Source: an uncultured Bacilli bacterium (GTDB taxonomy: Bacteria; Bacillota_I; Bacilli_A; RF39; UBA660). Taken from it: a stretch of DNA of 64,000 nt. The DNA lies in NCBI GenBank assembly GCA_934098515.1, contig CAKOOK010000001.1:89076-153075 (forward strand), in the 5' to 3' direction. This document shows positions 58,509 to 64,000 of the stretch, piece by piece (position 1 is the first letter of the stretch; the number at the start of each line of letters is the position of its first letter). A program made the translations under genes and the position numbers. The notes beneath the pieces were generated by a model that was not told the origin of the DNA, did not search any database, and saw only the letters and a list, made by a program, of their open reading frames with translations.

Positions 58509-59160
58509 ATTTATAGCCTACCTTTCTAATTGTTTTTATGTTATCACGGTAGTTTTTAAGCTTGCTTCTAAGAAGTTTGATATGAGCATCAATTGTGCGG
58601 TCATCGGCTTCATAGTCGTATCCCCATATTTTATTTATGATTACTTCTCTTGATAATGCTATATTAAGGTTAGTTAAAAATAATTTAAGAAGTTCAAATT
58701 GAGTATGAGTGAGTTCAATTATTTCGTCATTAATAGAGACCTCTCTTGTTAGGTTGTTTAGTTTGATTGTTCCAACTGAAATGATGTCCTCACCTTTTTG
58801 TCTTTTGGTAACTGCTTTGATTCTAGCAATTAATTCTTTTGGACTAAATGGTTTAATTACATAGTCATCGATTCCCAGATCAAAGCCATTAAGTTTGTCT
58901 TCTTCCATAGTACGTGCTGATAGCACTATTACGGGTATGTCTTTGATTTTTTTAATCTCTCTTATTGCACTAAAGCCATCTCTTTTTGGCATCATGATGT
59001 CCATAACGATAACGTTATAATCTTTTGACAAAGCTTTTTCGATTGCTGCATCGCCATCTTCTGCTTCATCCACTTCATAGTTTTCTAATTTTGCATATTC
59101 TTTTATTACGTTTCTGATTAGTTCTTCGTCGTCAACAATTAACAATTTCACTTTTATCAC
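58492..59160 (-). CDS. OmpR/PhoB-family response regulator
   Basis: Receiver LLIVDDE..VIVMDIMMPKRDG..K. Winged-helix C-terminus ..RTIDAHIKLLRSKL..IKTIRKVGYKF. The true start may be GTG 59151 (AAGGTGA RBS). Confidence 0.85.
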   Translation of the reverse strand: MIKVKLLIVDDEELIRNVIKEYAKLENYEVDEAEDGDAAIEKALSKDYNVIVMDIMMPKRDGFSAIREIKKIKDIPVIVLSARTMEEDKLNGFDLGIDDYVIKPFSPKELIARIKAVTKRQKGEDIISVGTIKLNNLTREVSINDEIIELTHTQFELLKLFLTNLNIALSREVIINKIWGYDYEADDRTIDAHIKLLRSKLKNYRDNIKTIRKVGYKFEYKE

Positions 59161-59195
59161 CTTGAGTTATATTATATCAAATTTATGAAGATTAT

Positions 59196-59223
59196 ATGAA
59201 AAAAACTAGAATTAATCTAGTTT
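59196..59223 (-). terminator. Rho-independent terminator after yebC
   Basis: Minus strand AAACUAGA-UUAAU-UCUAGUUU followed by UUUUCAU. Confidence 0.75.
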
Positions 59224-59931
59224 AACGTTTGTGTAGATTGCACTTACATCATCAATTGCATCTAGTAAGCCATATAGTTTATCATAAACTTCTTTATCTT
59301 CACCAGTTAGAGTTACTTCTTCTTTTGCAAACATACCTACTTCATCGTAAGTGTATTCAATTCCTGGAATTATTTTTTCAAGTTCTTCTTTGACTTTGTT
59401 AATATCCTTAGGGTTTGCAGTGATTGTTATTTCACCATCATTTGATTCTAAGTCTATGATTTCAATTCCAGCATTAAGTAGTTCTTCAAAGATTTTTTCT
59501 TCTTCGTTACTTTTAAAAGAAATGATTGCTAGGTAGTCATAATTATATGATACTGAATTAGTTACTCCTAAACTTTTGTGTACTTTATTAAAAGCAGCTC
59601 TTATTTCACCTACAGTGCGGTTTACATTATCTGTTAAAGTTTTGATGATAAAAGTACTTGCTCCTGGTCCGAATCCTTCATAAATAACTTCTGTATAATC
59701 TTCGCCACCTGCGCCTTTTGCTTTATCGATAGCTCTTTTAATAATGTCCATAGGTACTTGTTCTTTTTTGGCTTTTTCGACTAGATGTTTAAGGTTAATA
59801 TTTGATTCTAGTTCTGGTACACCTTTTTTAGCAGCTAAATAAATTTCTTTAGCATAGTTACTATATAATTTTGCCTTTACTGCACCATTTTTTTGGATGC
59901 TTGCTTTTCTTACTTCGTATGCTCTTCCCAT
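59212..59931 (-). CDS. yebC: YebC/PmpR-family transcriptional regulator
   Basis: MGRAYEVRKASIQKNGAVKAKLYSNYAKEIYLAAKKG.. is typical of the family. Start moved to ATG 59931 (GGAAGGTGAG RBS). Confidence 0.85.
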   Translation of the reverse strand: MGRAYEVRKASIQKNGAVKAKLYSNYAKEIYLAAKKGVPELESNINLKHLVEKAKKEQVPMDIIKRAIDKAKGAGGEDYTEVIYEGFGPGASTFIIKTLTDNVNRTVGEIRAAFNKVHKSLGVTNSVSYNYDYLAIISFKSNEEEKIFEELLNAGIEIIDLESNDGEITITANPKDINKVKEELEKIIPGIEYTYDEVGMFAKEEVTLTGEDKEVYDKLYGLLDAIDDVSAIYTNVKLD

Positions 59932-59968
59932 ACTTCTCACCTTCCGTTCTTATGTATTATAATAAAAT

Positions 59969-61015
59969 TTAAAATAATTTACAATCTTTTATAAATGTTT
60001 TTAGGTTTTTGTCTTTTATTTTCGTACGTTTTAGTTTAAATATTAGATAAGTTGGATTATATATTTTAAAGCGTTCTAGTTTTTCTTTTTTAAGAATGCC
60101 TTCAAGTATTTTGATTACAAGTAATTTTGTATCTAGTGTGCGGTATTTAAATTTTAGTTTGATTATTAAATCTTCATCAATGTGTCTAGTTATTTTCTCA
60201 TAGTATTTATTCGTTTTATTTTTAAAGTAGTACTTGTTTCCATCTAGATTGTCTAAAATTTTTAAGGTATCATAGTATCCTAATTTCATGTTGTGGATAT
60301 TACTTTCTTTGTCAAAGATAATTATTGAACCTAAATTTTCACTTGGCTTTATTTCAATGACTTTAGTTTCTTTTTTTAATTTGTTATGACTTACGCCAAT
60401 TCCCTTTATTCTTATTGAATATATTGTGTCACATCCGTATTTTTCAACAAGTGATAGTGGTATGTTGTTGTAAAACCCACCATCTATGTAGTATTTGTTA
60501 TCTATTATTGGTTTATAGTTAAATAGAGGTAGGTAACAAGATGCTAGGATGTACTCAGCAAGTTTTCCTTTTGGAATGTCATCTATTGTAAGTTCTAGAG
60601 GTTTTAGTCCATCTACTTTTACAGTGATTAAACCTAGTTTTATTTTGCTTTTACGGATTTTATCTTCATTAATTGATGATTTTAACAGATTAAGAAATTT
60701 TGATACGTCAATTCCTTTATTTTTTAAAATTTTTTTGATATTGTTAACACCTAGCTCAATATCGGTAATTTTTAAATTTTTACTTTTAATTTTTTCAGCG
60801 AGTTCACTATTTATACCGAAAATATCGGTTGTTGCTGTAAGCCAGAGATTAACTAATTTTTTGATGTCACCTTGAACCATTAAGGCTGCATTTACTGAGC
60901 CAATGCTTGTACCTGCAATTATTGATGGCTTTATATGTTTTTTCTTTAAAGCAATATAAGCGCCAACTTGGTAGGCACCTTTTGCTCCACCACCTTCTAA
61001 GGCTATACCTAACAT
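59969..61015 (-). CDS. Patatin-like phospholipase
   Basis: Oxyanion motif LEGGGAKGAY, nucleophile elbow GTSIGS, and DGG near aa 178. Confidence 0.8.
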   Translation of the reverse strand: MLGIALEGGGAKGAYQVGAYIALKKKHIKPSIIAGTSIGSVNAALMVQGDIKKLVNLWLTATTDIFGINSELAEKIKSKNLKITDIELGVNNIKKILKNKGIDVSKFLNLLKSSINEDKIRKSKIKLGLITVKVDGLKPLELTIDDIPKGKLAEYILASCYLPLFNYKPIIDNKYYIDGGFYNNIPLSLVEKYGCDTIYSIRIKGIGVSHNKLKKETKVIEIKPSENLGSIIIFDKESNIHNMKLGYYDTLKILDNLDGNKYYFKNKTNKYYEKITRHIDEDLIIKLKFKYRTLDTKLLVIKILEGILKKEKLERFKIYNPTYLIFKLKRTKIKDKNLKTFIKDCKLF

Positions 61016-61737
61016 ATTAGACCTCCTATGACAATTATTAGTATACCAGTAATTATTCCAAAGATGGTTTCTTTATGCCAATTTTCTTTTAATTCAGTTA
61101 AAAGTTCTGCTAAAAGTAGGTATAATATCATACCAATTGTTACACTTAATAGAATTCCTTGAACAAAGTCCGTTAGGCTTTCTTTGAAGAGCATTGTAAA
61201 CAAACCTCCTATAAATGTGCTTAGAGTTAAAATTATAATATAAATTTCTTTATGTTTGTTATGTGATTTGTTTAGCATTGTTGATATTTCTAAACCGAAT
61301 GGGATATTATGCATACCAACAGCAATTGAATAGATTATTCCGGATTTTACTGAACTGGTGGCAATTCCGTATATACCAATTCCTTCAACAATGTTATGAA
61401 TTATTAAAGCAAGAGATGTCATTATACCGATGTGTTCTAAGTGGTTTTCGTGATGATGGTTTTTACTCTCTTCAAAGTGGTCGTGATGAGGCACTAATTT
61501 TTCTAATAGTAGTAGAATTCCTATCCCTATTAAAATGCCTGATAATATATATATTTTATTTTCAAGTAGTTCAAATGTTTCAGGAATTATGTCAATTATT
61601 AGTAGTAGTATTAGCGAAGAAAAAGCCATTCCTATTGAAAAACTGATAACTTTTTTACTTCCTTTGTTGATTTTATTAATTACTACTCCTATAAGGAAGA
61701 ATAAGCCAGCTATTAGTGTTAATAATAATTCTTTCAT
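61009..61737 (-). CDS. ZIP-family divalent metal transporter
   Basis: Eight hydrophobic segments, a His-rich loop HHDHFEESKNHHHENHLEH, and conserved HNIVEGIGI and HNIPFGLEI. Confidence 0.8.
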   Translation of the reverse strand: MKELLLTLIAGLFFLIGVVINKINKGSKKVISFSIGMAFSSLILLLIIDIIPETFELLENKIYILSGILIGIGILLLLEKLVPHHDHFEESKNHHHENHLEHIGIMTSLALIIHNIVEGIGIYGIATSSVKSGIIYSIAVGMHNIPFGLEISTMLNKSHNKHKEIYIIILTLSTFIGGLFTMLFKESLTDFVQGILLSVTIGMILYLLLAELLTELKENWHKETIFGIITGILIIVIGGLIC

Positions 61738-61748
61738 TTGTTTCTCCT

Positions 61749-61772
61749 TTAAAAAAAGACTTTACAGTCTTT
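61749..61772 (-). terminator. Rho-independent terminator after the orphan TasA-like gene
   Basis: Minus strand AAAGACU-GUAA-AGUCUUU followed by UUUUUUAAAGGAG. Confidence 0.7.
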
Positions 61773-62358
61773 ATTCTGCAGTCTCATTAATCATTTCAGC
61801 ATTCATAGTTACTTTCACTTTTAATGTGCCATTTAATAATTCAATTTGGTTTGTGTTTGTTTCTAAAACGTATATTCTTAATTCATAATTGTCTGTTGTG
61901 TCTTTGTTTATAATGATATTATCTTTGAGTAATAATGTAGTTGTTACATCTTTGAATGTCCCATTTGATATTTTTATATTTGTATCAGTATTCCAAAGTT
62001 CCCATTTTAAATCTTCAGATGATTTTAAGTTGTCTGATATAGTAATGTCTGTTAGTGATAAGCTGTAGTTAATTTTATAGTCGTTGGTTCCGGTTTTTAC
62101 AGAGAAGTTGCCTTTTGCTGCTTTATCTTTGGAAGCAGCCTCACTAATTGGTATCATGTCTGAAGCATTTATGTATCCTTCGTTAGTTGTTATTAAGTTT
62201 ATGTCAAATTTATTGGTAGCATTTCCGTCAATTACTGTATTGTCACCACTTACTCGTGCTAGGAAGTATGCGTATGAAACGCTTAGAATAATTGGTATGA
62301 TTACAGCAATCATTATTAAGAATTTATAATTTAATTTACTTTCCTTTTTATCTTTCAT
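61771..62358 (-). CDS. Orphan TasA-like SipW-signal-type secreted protein
   Basis: Start moved to ATG 62358. Signal ..PIILSVSYAYFLARVSGDN. C-terminal YELRIYVLETNTNQIELLNGTLKVKVTMNAE. Confidence 0.55.
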   Translation of the reverse strand: MKDKKESKLNYKFLIMIAVIIPIILSVSYAYFLARVSGDNTVIDGNATNKFDINLITTNEGYINASDMIPISEAASKDKAAKGNFSVKTGTNDYKINYSLSLTDITISDNLKSSEDLKWELWNTDTNIKISNGTFKDVTTTLLLKDNIIINKDTTDNYELRIYVLETNTNQIELLNGTLKVKVTMNAEMINETAE

Positions 62359-62415
62359 ATTTAAACCTATCTTTTCTAATATAATATTACTATATGGAAG
62401 TTCTTTTTGCAAGTT

Positions 62416-63423
62416 TTAGTTTAAGTTCATTGTACTTTCTGCGTTTAAAGAGTAGTCGGTAAAATCATTTTTTAGGTATAGCGGATATGCAGCACAGCCA
62501 ATCATAGCGGCGTTATCAGTACAGTATTTAATTGGAGGTACTGTTAAGTTGACGTCATATTTATTGGCAAGTTTTTCCATTTCACTGCGCAAGTATTTGT
62601 TAGCAGTTACTCCACCAGCTACGATAAGCCTTTTAATGTTATATTTTTTTATTGCAAGTTCAGTTTTTCTTACAAGTTCATCGATAGCAACTTTTTGAAA
62701 TGATGCTGCCAAGTCATATTTTCTTATCTCGTTACCTCTTTGTTTTTCGTTGTGTACTAAATTTATTACAGCACTTTTTAAGCCACTATATGAAAAATTT
62801 AATTCATCGTTATTCATTGGAATTGGTAATTCATAAGATGGTGTACCTTGTTCGGCGTATTTTTCAATATTTGGGCCACCTGGATATGGTAAGTCTAAAA
62901 CTCTTGCTACTTTGTCATACACTTCCCCTATAGCGTCATCTAGGGTTTCACCTAGGACTTTAAATTTGTAATCATCTTCCATAAGGACTAATTCAGTGTG
63001 ACCACCGCTTATAACAAGTGCTAGAAGTGGAAATTCCATTTTTTGAACAAGATTGTTAGCATAGATATGACCCGCTAGATGATTTACCTTAATTAAGGGC
63101 TTATTATAAACAAGTGCTAATGTTTTTGCTGCTTCTATTCCAACTAATAGGCTACCTAAAAGTCCAGGAGCATATGTCACTGCAATGGCATCAACGTCTT
63201 CAACTTTCATGTTTGCTTTATTTAAAACGTCTTCTAGTACCATTGTAATGTTTTCACTGTGCATGCGGCTAGCTATTTCTGGCACTACTCCACCAAAGGC
63301 AGCATGTGTGTCCATTTGAGTTAGGATTGTAGTTGCAATGTTATCTGTGCCATTTTTGATTATTGCCATGCTTGTTTCGTCGCATGATGATTCGATAGCT
63401 AAAATATATACATCTTTTTTCAT
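62416..63423 (-). CDS. tsaD: tRNA N6-adenosine threonylcarbamoyltransferase TsaD
   Basis: ILAIESSCDETSMAII, HMHSENI-type His pair (SRMHSE..), GGHTELV and VAGGVTANKYLR are canonical Kae1/TsaD motifs. Confidence 0.9.
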   Translation of the reverse strand: MKKDVYILAIESSCDETSMAIIKNGTDNIATTILTQMDTHAAFGGVVPEIASRMHSENITMVLEDVLNKANMKVEDVDAIAVTYAPGLLGSLLVGIEAAKTLALVYNKPLIKVNHLAGHIYANNLVQKMEFPLLALVISGGHTELVLMEDDYKFKVLGETLDDAIGEVYDKVARVLDLPYPGGPNIEKYAEQGTPSYELPIPMNNDELNFSYSGLKSAVINLVHNEKQRGNEIRKYDLAASFQKVAIDELVRKTELAIKKYNIKRLIVAGGVTANKYLRSEMEKLANKYDVNLTVPPIKYCTDNAAMIGCAAYPLYLKNDFTDYSLNAESTMNLN

Positions 63424-63833
63424 AATACTCTCTCCATTATAATTGCATCACCAGTTTTATAGTATTTGGGTCTGCGATTTATTTCTATAAATTTGTGTTT
63501 TTGATAAAAGTTAATTGCTTCGATATTGTTTTCATTTACCTCTAAAATAATTTTTTGAGCGTCTTTATTTTTGGTAATTAAAATATTTAATAGTTTTGAA
63601 GCATAGCCTTTATTTCTCCACATTTTATCCACAATAATATTTTGAATTTCTAAGCATTCGTATATTCTTGAATAGTGAATGAAACCAATAAGCTGGTTCT
63701 TTTCTTTGATTATTAGAATGTTTTCACTTTCTGGTAGTTTTTCTATGTGAAATAGTTTCTCAAAATTAGGATTTAGTTTAGTGCCCAAACTGTTTATTTG
63801 TGCTATATCTTCTTTAGAATAATTATTTACCAT
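63420..63833 (-). CDS. rimI: Ribosomal-protein-alanine N-acetyltransferase RimI (GNAT)
   Basis: GNAT motif A (IIVDKMWRNKGYASKLL). Position between tsaB and tsaD matches the Bacillus tsaE-tsaB-rimI-tsaD operon. Confidence 0.8.
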   Translation of the reverse strand: MVNNYSKEDIAQINSLGTKLNPNFEKLFHIEKLPESENILIIKEKNQLIGFIHYSRIYECLEIQNIIVDKMWRNKGYASKLLNILITKNKDAQKIILEVNENNIEAINFYQKHKFIEINRRPKYYKTGDAIIMERVL

Positions 63834-64000
63834 TTAGTGCTTCAATTCCTTTGATATATCTTGCTTTTATTGTATGAGGATTTTGGTTTTTGATATTTTG
63901 TGAGTAATTGCAAATTGCTTCGATATCAAGCTTGTCATCATCTTTTTCTTTATATTCTTTATAATTTGTGTTTATAAAGTTTTCATATTGTACATTTGAC
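63823..64000 (-). CDS. tsaB: TsaB (tRNA threonylcarbamoyladenosine protein), C-terminal fragment
   Basis: Hand-translated frame ..NPHTIKARYIKGIEALNGK with stop at 63825-63823 overlaps the rimI start. The assignment rests mainly on conserved operon order. Confidence 0.45.
   Translation of the reverse strand, partial: SNVQYENFINTNYKEYKEKDDDKLDIEAICNYSQNIKNQNPHTIKARYIKGIEALNGK

Noticed and set aside
1-64000. Alternative genetic code (UGA = Trp), suggested by the Mollicutes-like ClpB/CIRCE traits
   Set aside because: Very long ORFs are intact under the standard code. At least one well-defined gene (36458-37042) terminates at TGA exactly after the conserved family C-terminus, and Trp positions are TGG.
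1-64000. tRNA, rRNA, riboswitch, transposase/IS, prophage or integrase features
   Set aside because: Intergenic regions are short and extremely AT-rich, with no cloverleaf-capable GC-rich segments. No ORF shows recombinase, DDE or phage structural motifs. I cannot exclude small ncRNAs without a covariance-model scan.

Overview
The window is an AT-rich (roughly 30% GC by eye, not computed), standard-code (TGA is a stop) chromosome segment from a spore-forming low-GC Bacillota. Several traits look Erysipelotrichia/Mollicutes-like. All but five of about 64 genes lie on the minus strand. I found no rRNA, tRNA, CRISPR array, transposase or integrase.

Content from left to right:
(1) 1-12.8 kb holds a T4SS-like pilus/adhesin cluster. 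It encodes a split VirB4, VirB3-like and VirB6-like proteins, three Cys-bracketed VirB2-like small proteins, a C39-like peptidase, a ParA/TadZ-like protein with a degenerate P-loop, and three Cys-rich adhesins with cadherin-like repeats.
(2) dnaB-dnaI plus two small genes.
(3) A wall-sorted papain-like protease, a CotY/CotZ-like spore coat gene, and a pilC-pilD-pilin operon with no ATPase.
(4) Housekeeping genes: a PMM/PGM-family mutase, gpmI, a CIRCE-controlled clpB that lacks the N-domain, cdaA-cdaR, and a DUF3048 protein.
(5) 33-59 kb holds the most unusual region, a very large SipW/TasA-like fibre locus. It carries 8-9 TasA/camelysin-like paralogues, four SipW paralogues (one apparently inactive) and a 2,710-aa beta-helix protein. 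It also carries cytoplasmic proteins, including a membrane-anchored McrB-like AAA+ NTPase with a nuclease-less McrC/DUF2357-like partner. An OmpR-type two-component system sits directly upstream.
(6) yebC, a patatin-like lipase, a ZIP transporter, an orphan TasA-like gene, and tsaD-rimI-tsaB.

All functional calls rest on motifs read by eye from the translations. No database search was run.
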